A model generated the notes under the pieces. That model did not search any database. It was not told the origin of the DNA and saw only the letters and a list, made by a program, of their open reading frames with translations. The position numbers were made by a program, and so were the translations under genes. From contig CDRNVI010000056.1 in assembly GCA_977017575.1 (NCBI GenBank), positions 310,001-374,000 of the forward strand: DNA of 64,000 nucleotides. Reading direction: 5' to 3'. Shown one piece after another: positions 9,547 to 19,892 of this stretch. Every line of letters starts with the position of its first letter. The stretch's first letter is position 1. The DNA comes from Paramoeba atlantica (taxonomy: Eukaryota > Protista > Discosea).

Positions 9547-12500
9547 ATGGCTTCACCCAAACAACGAAATGTCTCCATCGCTGACCCGTCTTCTGCTGAG
9601 GTACGACCCTCCGCCTTACCCTCTCATACCTTATTCTGTGCCGGGGTGATTCTTCCTGACCCTCGATACTTGCTTTTACCCCCACAGCCTCCTTGGAACC
9701 CATCTGAAGGAAAAGAAAAAAAATCACAGCCTCCCGAAAATAACATGGAAGCCACTGCCACAAATGAAAACGCAGAAGAGGGAGAAAAAGGTGTTGGAGA
9801 AAAACTCTCGAGGTTATCATTTCCTCCTTTAGTTCTTCCTTTAAATTATGAAGCCATGCTGCAACGCCCTTCGTATGTTTTTAACCCCAGCGTTTCTTCT
9901 GCTTCTTCTTCTCTCATACGCTATGAGTTTAGCATTCGAGAAAACTTGGCCCCGAGAGCAAAAGAAGAGGGAAGAAAAGAAGAAGATGAAACTCTGGGGG
10001 CTCCCCTTTTTGTGATTCACGTTGAGGACGACAGCAAACGCCCGATGGTGGGAAACTCACTACAGGAGGTCGTGTCGATTCTGCATGGTCGATTACATCC
10101 GAAGGTGGGCCATACTAAAACTGAAAATAAAGAAATTAAGGAAAACAGCGAAAAAAATATGGAAAACAGCGAAAAAAATATGGAAAACAATGAAATTAAG
10201 GAAAATAAGGAAAACAAATCCAATGAATCACAAAGCGTGAGTCTTGAAATTGCCATGAGTGTCTTTGGGTTGTTCGAGCCCTCGATACGAAACGCGATTG
10301 AAAATCTTCCAGGCTATCGAAAGGCAATGGCGGCGGTGTTGCCGGAGGAGTGGAAGAGGCGAATGGAAGAGGAGGCCAAGGGGGAGGAGGGAGAAAAAGA
10401 AGAAAACAAAAAAAGGGAAGAAAGGACGAAAAACGAAAAAGGGGAGGCGGAGGTCACCATTGCATTGCATCGCACCTTGTTGGGTGAAAAAAGAAAAACA
10501 GCGAAAAAAGAAAGAGGAGGAAAACGCGGGAAGGAAATGCTGGGAAAAAAAGGAACGAAAGGAGAGTGGGAAAAGGTGGAGGCAGGGGAGAAAACGAAGC
10601 GGGTGAGGAAAGGAAAGGTTTCAGCGAGCAGTGCAAGCTGTACGCTGGATACAAAAGTGCGACCTGTGAATCAGTTTACGGAGGAAGTGTCAAAAGCGGT
10701 GAGTTCTGTGTCAGGTCATGATGGGAATAGTCTAGACGGTAAACCGAATGAGGACGGCGTCTCTTTTTTGGGTGATGTAAAGGAAAATTCCGCGAGTGGA
10801 TTAGATTTTAGACGCGATACCGTAGAATTGGGAAGTACACAGCTTTCGGAATCTAAAAACGTTATCTTGAGACAACCGGTGAATGACGCAAAATCTGAGA
10901 GCTTGTTAAAAGCAAAAAGAATACGCACGAAACCTCCTGCTTCTATTAACAAGGGAGTGGATCGAAAGCCACGAAAACTAGCTGCTAAAAAAGGATCCGA
11001 TGCAATTTTATTGAATGCAACCAAGTCTGAACAAACGACGCTTTCCCTCAACGACGCATCACCCAAGACAACAAAACCTATCAGAAAGAAAACGAAAAGA
11101 AAACAATCCTTTGACACCAGCATCAACGCAGATCCCCAATCTATCTCTGAAAATACAAATCAAAAAATAGTGTATTGCCCAAAATGTCGTCTTCTAACTC
11201 CCTATTGTCCTATTACAGGAAAATCCCACATACCTCAACAGAAAATCGAGACAACCCAATCTTCTTTATCCTGGGCGTCTAAATCTTCCCCTCGCCCAAG
11301 TGTGCTACAACTGGTCGAAAACAAAGAACTTTCTCCCAATAAAACGACAAAGGGCATAAGCTTGGAAGAAATTCCACTTTTAGAAGTGTTTGGAAGAAAA
11401 CCCGATTCACAAAGTGGGCGCAGAGTAAAATGGCGTCCTGGCGCCTTAGAAGATATTACTGTGACTTCTGTACCGAAAAAAGAAGCGCGGGGACGAAAGT
11501 CACAGGATCTTTCCTTAAAAAAAGATTCCAAAGCAAAGTTTGTGCCTCAGATGGCGACCCTTGCCGATTCACTTGCAATGTTTCGTAGCGTAAGCAGTGC
11601 TCACACAAGCGAAGGTAAGGACAGCCAAGAATTTTCCAAAAAAGATACTCTCATCTCAAATGTCTCTTTTGGGAACAAAGAAGTGAAGAAACGAAGAACA
11701 AAGAAAAAGGGTCCAAGTCAAGCGGAGGACGTAAAAACAAATGACCTCTCCACGGATACAGTCTCGACTACCGAACACAAGGAAGAAACGAAATCACAAA
11801 AAGAAACCGAGCTTGATACCGTTTCTACGACGGCTCAAACACTTCCCCCTCCGCGGTTGCGTCCATGTGTATCCAAACTCACCCAGCAACAGGCTCGAAA
11901 AGAGTTACTGCGGCTAAAGGAAGAAGCCTTACGTTCTTCCCTCCTCGACACAAAAACAAAAGTATCGAGCTCCAGTACAGCGGACGACCCCACAAGTCAA
12001 ACCAGCCAAGAGGGTTTAAATGTTTCTCCTGCTGAAAATACGAAACCTGAAGCCTCTGAATCTGAACGCCCTGAAAAGGAAAATACACACTTAACGGGGA
12101 CTACCGCATCCGAAAACGATAACACAGGCGTTGAAAAAGACTCTGAAACGGTTCTACCCCTTGAAGAGGGCCCAGAAACCCAAAATGCATCCCTTTCGAC
12201 GGTTTCCTCCTTAACACCCGCTTCTTCTTCTTTTTCTTCATCTTTAGCTCAAAACATTTCTCTCACTCACAAAAACAAAACGTTATCCCCTCCCCACCAC
12301 AACATGCCTGTGGCCCAGTGGGTGAGACAAACCTGTGAGCGCTGTCTTTCCCTATCCCACCCGAAACTACGGATGGACCATTTTCTGTCTCTCCTGCAAA
12401 CCCTTGCCCTCACGGAGAGAGAAAAGCTTTCGCTCGGGTCGGCTTACAATGAGCATTTGGGGGAAATGCGTCGAACGGGGAAAACCAAAACAGCAATTTC

Positions 12501-12717
12501 AAAGTTAAAAGTACCAAAAGGCAAAGGCAAAGGGGGTGGAAGAGAAAAAGAGAGTGAAAACAAAGTCGATACCGATGAAAGCGTTAAGGAAATCACGACA
12601 GAGGCGCAAAATGTGGATGGGGAGGAAAATTTTTGCAGCTTGAAAACCGATGGGACACTGGAGATTGAAGTCAACACAACGCCTTTAGAAGGGAAGACTT
12701 CGACGGTCCATGAGTAG
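9547..12717 (+). CDS. Large low-complexity (K/E/S/T-rich) hypothetical protein
   Basis: Uninterrupted ORF of >1000 codons with a small CPKC..TPYCPITGKSH Cys/His motif. No family recognised. Confidence 0.75.
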   Translation: MASPKQRNVSIADPSSAEVRPSALPSHTLFCAGVILPDPRYLLLPPQPPWNPSEGKEKKSQPPENNMEATATNENAEEGEKGVGEKLSRLSFPPLVLPLNYEAMLQRPSYVFNPSVSSASSSLIRYEFSIRENLAPRAKEEGRKEEDETLGAPLFVIHVEDDSKRPMVGNSLQEVVSILHGRLHPKVGHTKTENKEIKENSEKNMENSEKNMENNEIKENKENKSNESQSVSLEIAMSVFGLFEPSIRNAIENLPGYRKAMAAVLPEEWKRRMEEEAKGEEGEKEENKKREERTKNEKGEAEVTIALHRTLLGEKRKTAKKERGGKRGKEMLGKKGTKGEWEKVEAGEKTKRVRKGKVSASSASCTLDTKVRPVNQFTEEVSKAVSSVSGHDGNSLDGKPNEDGVSFLGDVKENSASGLDFRRDTVELGSTQLSESKNVILRQPVNDAKSESLLKAKRIRTKPPASINKGVDRKPRKLAAKKGSDAILLNATKSEQTTLSLNDASPKTTKPIRKKTKRKQSFDTSINADPQSISENTNQKIVYCPKCRLLTPYCPITGKSHIPQQKIETTQSSLSWASKSSPRPSVLQLVENKELSPNKTTKGISLEEIPLLEVFGRKPDSQSGRRVKWRPGALEDITVTSVPKKEARGRKSQDLSLKKDSKAKFVPQMATLADSLAMFRSVSSAHTSEGKDSQEFSKKDTLISNVSFGNKEVKKRRTKKKGPSQAEDVKTNDLSTDTVSTTEHKEETKSQKETELDTVSTTAQTLPPPRLRPCVSKLTQQQARKELLRLKEEALRSSLLDTKTKVSSSSTADDPTSQTSQEGLNVSPAENTKPEASESERPEKENTHLTGTTASENDNTGVEKDSETVLPLEEGPETQNASLSTVSSLTPASSSFSSSLAQNISLTHKNKTLSPPHHNMPVAQWVRQTCERCLSLSHPKLRMDHFLSLLQTLALTEREKLSLGSAYNEHLGEMRRTGKTKTAISKLKVPKGKGKGGGREKESENKVDTDESVKEITTEAQNVDGEENFCSLKTDGTLEIEVNTTPLEGKTSTVHE

Positions 12718-13202
12718 TTTTGTCTCATTTTTTGTGTCTCGTTTTTTGTTCAAAAATGGAGAGTTCGTTGGGAACACACTGAAAGGTGTGACTTCCTCGA
12801 GAAATAAAGTAGAGTTCCTCCAGAAATGATGTAAATGTATGTTAGAGTCGTATTCAAAAATACGCATTCTTCCTTTTCCAAAGAGAATCACTCACACGTA
12901 CAGGAAGAATAGCGTCAGGAATTAAATTCTTAGCAAAGCGCGCAGGTGTATGCGTTGTATTCATAATTCTATTACCATAGTCTAACTAGTATTTTAGTAT
13001 ATACTATAGTATACTATGAGATACTACTTTTCGAAGGTGTCTATAATCTTACTAAGTGTCTATAGAAATGTAGTTTTTCCCTGTATATGAATGGAAAGAT
13101 TTGTCTTTATTGCGACATTTAGGACTGGTACACAAGTATTGCTCAGCCTTTTTGTTTACACCTTATCACTTCCTTTAATCACCTTGTCACTCACTGTTTT
13201 AA

Positions 13203-14468
13203 ATGACGCAACGTTCAAAGAACTCGGAAAGCGCACCTTCAACCCCCACCCCCGAAAACACAAGAAAGCGACCGTCAGCACGGGAGCATCGCGAGAGAGT
13301 AGCCGCAATTACGTCACAGTTAGAGGAGACACCTTCCCAAGTAGCGTTAAGTGCGTCCCTCTCTCCGCTTGAAGAGGAGAATGCTCTCCAGAGAAAGAGA
13401 AAAAGCAACTGCGGGAACGATCCACTCGCTTATGGAAGCCTCCGTCGACAGCAGCAATTAACGTACGAGCGATGCGATCTCGGCGTTGAGTCCTCTGGAA
13501 AATTGTGCCTCGAGTGGGCTCGGAAAAACGTCTCAGGCATCCGGAATGATGCTATGGGCCACTCACAGCATGTTCGATGTAAAGTATGTGGGTGGGTGAC
13601 CCATAGCAAGGGGGGGAATTTTTGTTATAAACATTTGAAAGAGTGCTGCTCGAAGGCGCAGCAGGGGATGGAAGACTCCAGTGAAGTTGCAAATCCCAAG
13701 TCTCTAGAGGTGTACATCTCCGAAGCTCTCCCATGTTTCGCAGCTCAGAGCAATCTTTCTACCGAAGGATTCCTCGAGTGCGTAAAGAACTTATTTCAAG
13801 AATTTCCCCCCGACATACATCCTTCAGAAGCTGCATCGATCCTTCCTTCTCCTCGCGAATTTCATATCAGTGAACGTCGAATTGCCGACATGATCTGGGA
13901 AGACATTCGACGAACCATAGATGGAGCTAAATTCTTTGGTCTCGCCATCGACGGTGGAGTTGAAAGGGTTCTTAGCGAACATGTACTTATCGCCATTTTG
14001 TATGTTGTGGATCGCCACTTTATTCTCCCACCTATCTACCACCCTAAGCACAAATCATTTAACGGTAGCGAGATGGCACAATCCCTGATAGAAGTACTTC
14101 GGTCATGCCTCTCCGAGAGCCGACTCCTAAAGTTGCGATTCATAATGGCAGACGGAGCCCCAGTAAATAGTGTGGCTAGGCAGGAAATAGAAACCACTAT
14201 GTTAGGCATTCGTGACTCTCTTGTTTCCGCAGAGGAAGAATTTTACTCGCGCCTCAGCTCTATCGGAAGCACGGACCGGGAGAACATTGTAATTGGCGTG
14301 ACGAAGCACTGTCCACGTGTCGAGCTATTACCATGCTTCGGACACTTGTTTCATAATATGGCCAAAGATGCAATGCAGCACTACGCAAATCTGCCAATTA
14401 TGAAAGTAAGAACATACTTCTCCAGGATCTTCTATGCAGGGGACCGTGTGGGGGCAAAGAAGGGGTAG
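13203..14468 (+). mobile_element. hAT-like transposase, 3'-truncated
   Basis: BED-like CKVC..YKHLKECC, catalytic GLAIDGG, FIMADGAPVN and CxxH (PCFGHLFHN). No C-terminal dimerisation domain. TACTATA subterminal repeats upstream. Confidence 0.75.
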
Positions 14469-14551
14469 TATTTCGGAATAATTACGTGCTTCATAATTTG
14501 ATTACTTTTTAGAAGCACAAATTTGTACTTCATTCTTGTTTCACATTTTTG

Positions 14552-15253
14552 ATGCTTCCATTATGCTTTTGTGAAGACCCAAGTGCACGAGTGAGCCGCC
14601 CAGGAAAGGTGCGAGGATCCAACTTACCGCAAGAATACGAACTCGCACGATTTTTTCAAAATATTACAAACCCTAGATCTTCATGGAAGACGTCCACGTT
14701 TGCGTGTGAGTGGGAATGTGTGACCTGTGATCAAGACTTAAAAGTGGCGCGTATTCAAGCCCATAGGCCGTATAGCAAAAGGAAACTGGAAGGATCGTTT
14801 CAATGGGAATACCTGTGTCACACAACACGTAAATTTTTTATGTATGGTAATAAACTTACTGGAACTGTGCCACTCGATCTTCTTCCCTCCCCACTGACTA
14901 GTTTTGACATAGGAGACAACACTATTTCGGGCGAATGCGATTTAACATATTTGCCTCCGCTCATGGAGATATTTTCCGTATGCAAAAACATGTTTCACGG
15001 ACGTGTGGATCTTACCCATTTGCCTTTGACTTTGACATATTTGCGAATGGATTCCAATCAGTTTTCCGGGGAGCTTGACCTCACGCGTCTACCTAAAAAT
15101 ATGAAAGGGTTACAGTTGTCGCACAATCGTTTTAGTGGACCGCTTGATCTACGGTATTTACCGTTATCCATCGAAACTCTCGAATGCCATGAAAACAAAT
15201 TCTCTGGTCCTGTGTTATTTGACCCTCGAACCAGAAAGCTTGTTCGAATTTAA
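14552..15253 (+). CDS. Leucine-rich repeat protein (expanded family, type A copy 1)
   Basis: KVRGSNLPQEYELARF, W..STFACEW and repeated LPxxLxxLxxxxNxFSGxxDLT. Confidence 0.85.
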   Translation: MLPLCFCEDPSARVSRPGKVRGSNLPQEYELARFFQNITNPRSSWKTSTFACEWECVTCDQDLKVARIQAHRPYSKRKLEGSFQWEYLCHTTRKFFMYGNKLTGTVPLDLLPSPLTSFDIGDNTISGECDLTYLPPLMEIFSVCKNMFHGRVDLTHLPLTLTYLRMDSNQFSGELDLTRLPKNMKGLQLSHNRFSGPLDLRYLPLSIETLECHENKFSGPVLFDPRTRKLVRI

Positions 15254-15730
15254 ATTAGCAAACAATACCGAGTTCTATGGTGAATTGTGAAAGAACTCTT
15301 TCGAAAGCGTTCAAAGCAGTGTACTAAAGCAGTGTTCATAAACGTGAGGGTATGTTCGTGTGATTTTGCTTTTTTTCTCCATTTCTTTTGAAAAGTAAGC
15401 TTGTTTTGTATTTTGAGTTCCTAACCCGATCGACTATCATAGTTGGAATTTCTCAATAATTACATTTTCCTTTCGACGACTGATGTTTGCTTCTCCTTTC
15501 TCGTTTTCTTTTCTTATTTTTCAGCAGGTACATTATTTTTTAGATCTTCTTTTCTTGTCCTCTGTTTTACAATGCCGACTGTTATACAATGCCGACTTGC
15601 TTTTCACTCCCTGTTCTAGCCACCTCTGACGAAGACCAGCTTAAACACGATTCACATCGAAAACGTCGTCGAGAGGACGAATCTTTGAGCGCAACTCCGA
15701 AGACCACAACCTAGTTATCTGTCGCACCCC

Positions 15731-15793
15731 TACCCCCCCTAGTTATCTGTCACCTTTTCTCGGAAAGTAGCGACAGATAACTAGGGGGGGGTA
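15731..15793. repeat. Short palindromic MITE-like element
   Basis: TACCCCCCCTAGTTATCTGTC...GACAGATAACTAGGGGGGGGTA; lies at the point where an LRR type B 5' copy is truncated. Confidence 0.65.
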
Positions 15794-15890
15794 CAGTTAA
15801 ATATTATTCCGCACCCCGGGTTACATGCTTCATAATTTGATTACTTTTTAGAAGCACAAATTTGTACTTCATTCTCGTTTCACATTTTTG

Positions 15891-16589
15891 ATGCTTCCAT
15901 TATGCTTTTGTGAAGACCCAAGTGCACGAGTGAGCCGCCCAGGAAAGGTGCGAGGATCCAACTTACCGCAAGAATACGAACTCGCACGATTTTTTCAAAA
16001 TATTACAAACCCTAGATCTTCATGGAAGACGTCCACGTTTGCGTGTGAGTGGGATTGTGTGACCTGTGATCAAGACTTAAAAGTGGAGCGCATTAAAGCT
16101 TCTTATCCGTATGCTGCAAAAAAACTGGAAGGATCGATTCAATGGGAATACCTGTGTCACACAACGCGTAAATTTTATCTGTATCGCAATAAACTTACTG
16201 GAACTGTGCCACTCGACCTTCTTCCCTCCCAACTGACTGAGTTTGACGTAACATACAACACTTTTTCAGGGGAATTGGATTTAACGCATTTGCCTGCAGC
16301 TATGGAGGCACTTTTCTTATCCAAAAACATGTTTCAGGGACGTGTGGATCTTACCCATCTGCCTTTGACTTTGACAAATTTTCGAATGAGTTCTAATCAG
16401 TTTTCCGGGGAGCTTGACCTCACGCGCCTACCCAAAAATATGAAATGCTTACAAATGTCACACAATCGTTTTAGTGGACCGCTTGATTTGCGGTACTTAC
16501 CGTTATCCCTCAGAAATCTCGAATATCATGAAAATAGATTCTCTGGTCCTGTGTTATTTGACCAGAAGGCTTGTTCAAATTTAAATTAG
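15891..16589 (+). CDS. Leucine-rich repeat protein (type A copy 2)
   Basis: Close paralogue of 14552-15253 within a tandem unit. Confidence 0.85.
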   Translation: MLPLCFCEDPSARVSRPGKVRGSNLPQEYELARFFQNITNPRSSWKTSTFACEWDCVTCDQDLKVERIKASYPYAAKKLEGSIQWEYLCHTTRKFYLYRNKLTGTVPLDLLPSQLTEFDVTYNTFSGELDLTHLPAAMEALFLSKNMFQGRVDLTHLPLTLTNFRMSSNQFSGELDLTRLPKNMKCLQMSHNRFSGPLDLRYLPLSLRNLEYHENRFSGPVLFDQKACSNLN

Positions 16590-16975
16590 CAAACAATACC
16601 GAGTTCTATGGTGAATTACGAAAGAACACTTTCGAAAGCGTTCAAAGCAGTGTACGTGGGTGGTATCCAAATTGATATCTGATACTTCTTGTTCGCGAGA
16701 CCTTGATTCCATAAACGTGAGGGTCTTTTCGTATGATTTTGATTTTGTTCCCCATTTCTTTTCGAAATAACCTTCTTTTTTCTGAGTTCCTAACCCGATA
16801 GACTATCATAGTTGGAATTCCTCAACAATTTCTTTTTCCTTTTAACGACTGATGTTTGCTTCTCCTTTCTCATTTTCTTTTCTTATTTTTCAGCACATAT
16901 ATTATTTTTTGGATATAGCTTTATTTTCTTGTCTTCTGTTTTCAACGTAGAATCTCCTAAAGTACACAACATACA

Positions 16976-17440
16976 ATGTGGACTTTCTTTTCACTCCCTG
17001 TTCTAGCCACCGCTGACGAAGACCCGCTTAAACACGACTTACATCGAAAACGTCGCCGAGAGGATGAATCTTTGAGCGCAACTCCGAAGAGCACAATCTC
17101 CCTGTCCTCCAAGAAGTACTCCCGTGGTTCTCTCCTCCCTGTCGAGTATGATTTAGAACGCCTGATTCAAAACATTTCGAATCCCCATCCGAGTTGGAAG
17201 AGTAGTACTCCTGCGTGTGAGTGGAGAGGGATTAAATGCAGCGACTCATTTTCCGAAATTCGGTCATCCGAAAATGCATACGAACAACAAGGAACTTTTC
17301 AAGGAACGACACACTACGGGGAGAGCGCTCCGAAACACAAGCGTACTAAGGGCATTCAAGTTGTGACTTCCATTGCATGGGGGCTTTATGAAATAGAAAT
17401 GTCTCATAATCCCAAAGGACCGCTTTTTCTGTTTTTTTAA
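16976..17440 (+). pseudogene. LRR type B gene, 5' partial copy
   Basis: Near-identical to the 5' half of 21582-22473; ends before the LRRs. Confidence 0.75.
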
Positions 17441-17964
17441 TGCCCAGCATCACGATTCATCTTCTTGGCGATCTGGACGTCGGCTGTATTTTCCGGCATG
17501 ATGGGAACATGTTCTCACTATTTGGACGATATGCCATTCACATGAAATCCAAAATCTTGGTAATTGTGCTTCCTTTTTCACGTCATATTTCGAAGCCATA
17601 ACTTCCTATGTTGCTTTATTTTTTTTCTAGGGGCGCTTTCTTGGACGGCGAATCCGCGGCATTCAATTTGCCTTCAGGGAAACTCTACTTCAAATTGGTG
17701 TGTAAGCGTACCCCATATACGGTTGATAATTTTACACGCTTCATGAGATCGACAGTATCCATTCATGAGTGCCGTTCTCGCAGGAAGACAATCCATTGCA
17801 ACGATCATTTTTGAAATTGCCACGTACGAATATGTTTTCAGAAAAATGTGAATGACGTTTTCTACCGCTAGGAGCTCTAAATGAAATGCACTCAACTCGG
17901 CTTCTTTCATTGTATTTTCCTCCGCCCAGAGACCGTACAGTCTGCCAAACGTGTCAAAACAAAA

Positions 17965-19207
17965 TCCATTATGCTTTTGTGAAGACCCAAGTGCACGCGT
18001 GAGCCGCCCAGGAAAGGTGCGAGGAGCCAACTTACCACAAGAATACGAACTCGCACGATTTTTTCAAAATATTACAAACCCTAGATCTTCATAGAAGACG
18101 TCCACGTTTGCGTGTGAGTGGGATTGTGTGACCTGTGATCAAGACTTAAAAGTGGAGCGCATTAAAGCTTCTTATTCGTATGCTGCAAAAAAACTGGAAG
18201 GATCGATTCAATGGGAATACCTGTGTCACACAACACGTAAATTTTATCTGTATCGCAATGAAATTACTGGAACTGTGTCACTCGACCTTCTTCCCTCCCA
18301 ACTGACTGAGTTTGACGTAACATACAACGCTTTTTCGGAAATTGGATTTAACGCATTTGCCTGCAGCTATGGAAGCACTTTTCTTATCCAGAAACATGTT
18401 TCAGAGACGTGTGGATCTTACCCATCTGCCTTTGACTTTGACAAATTTGCATAAAGATACAGTTTCTGTACCTTGTTGCCCTTCCTTTCTTTTCCCGGAA
18501 ACGGGCATATTCTTACTTTTAAATGCCCGTTTCCGGCTGACGGCTAGCTGGAACTGTCCCTCTTTGTCGCGGAAGTAGGGGACGCACTTCGCACTCCTCA
18601 CCCCTCGCCGGCTCGCTCTCTTCGAGTGAGCTTTCTTCCCTCCCCGGCTCTCCCCTTCTCGTGCTTTCTTCTCCCGGGAGCTATGCGCCATGGTGGCCTC
18701 CATTGAGGACCACTGGGCGTGCTACAGCGGGAGGACACGTTGTATGCGTGTATAGGGGATGCGAACTTGCCCCCCTCTCTCCCTACATACTGTAGCGAGT
18801 GCGGCGGTAACGGACCTCCCCATGATGCATCATGATCCACGGTAGACCATCTGACTACATGAACCCACGGCTTGACCGTGTTGCAGCATGAACCATGGCT
18901 ATACGTGCTGTAGCATGACCGATGGGCGACTCGTCTCCTACCTCGCACTCCACTCTCTGTGTGACACCCGTCGTATGCGGGTCATGCGCCGATGGTATCG
19001 GCCGTCACACAGAGAGACGTACCTCTGCGCCTCGAGCGTATGATGTCATATATGAGTTCTAATCAGTTTTCTGGGGAGCTTGACCTCACTCGTTTACCCA
19101 AAAATATGAAATGCTTACAAATGTCGCACAATCGTTTTAGTGGACCGCTTGATTTGCGGTACTTACCGTTATCCATCAGAAATCTCGTGCAAATGTCGTG
19201 CAAATAG
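17965..19207 (+). pseudogene. LRR type A copy 3 (stop, frameshifts, interrupted by SL-capped insertion)
   Basis: Paralogue of 15891-16589 with TAG at ~18091 and a 601-bp insert between ...ACAAATTTGC and ATGAGTTCTAATCAG. Confidence 0.85.
18451..19051 (+). other. Retroposed SL-capped RNA fragment
   Basis: Begins ATAAAGATACAGTTTCTGTACCTTGTTG (no GT donor after it) and contains strong hairpins. No poly(A); 2 bp (GA) of the target apparently deleted. Confidence 0.8.
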
Positions 19208-19595
19208 ATTCTCTGGTCCTGTGTTATTTGACTCTCGAACCAGAAGGCTTGTTCAAATTTAAATTAGCAAACAATACCGAGTTCTATGGTGAATTGTGAA
19301 AGAACTCTTTCGAAAGCGTTCAAAGCAGTGTACGTGGGTTGTATCCAAAATGATGTCTGATGCTTCGTGTTCGCGAGACCTCGATGCCATAAACGTGAGG
19401 GTCTGCGCGTATGAGCTTGCATAATTTTGCTTTTGTTCTCCATTTCTTTTTAGAATTAGTGATTTTTTTGAAGTAAATTTAATAACCCGATAGGTGGAAG
19501 TTCTCAAGATTTGTTTTTTCCTTTTGATGACTGATGTTTGCTTCTCCTTTCTCGTTTTCTTATTTTTCAGCACATACATTATAATAATGTATCCT

Positions 19596-19644
19596 ATTAA
19601 CATCGCAGGCTCCTAATAAATTATTAGGAGCCTGCGATGTTAAT
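19596..19644. repeat. 49-bp near-perfect palindrome
   Basis: ATTAACATCGCAGGCTCCTAATAA-A-TTATTAGGAGCCTGCGATGTTAAT. Confidence 0.9.
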
Positions 19645-19892
19645 TGGAATTGTCTATATAGTTAGAAATATTTTATAACGGCTCAATGTTTGTATTACAT
19701 GTACATTTGTTTTATGGTAGGATTCATCCATTGATTATTCACGATAAAAAATTTGATAAACGAGAAATTTCCCAGTCGTGGGCAGGTGATGAACAATTAT
19801 AGTGGAAATATAAATTAGCCGGATAATTTATGAACTTACTTAATGTATATCGTTTTAAAAATATTCAGCATGTATGTTGCATACAACATATA

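Noticed and set aside
18451-19051. Telomerase RNA
   Set aside because: No CCCTAACCC-type template in the insert; kept only as an unidentified structured RNA.
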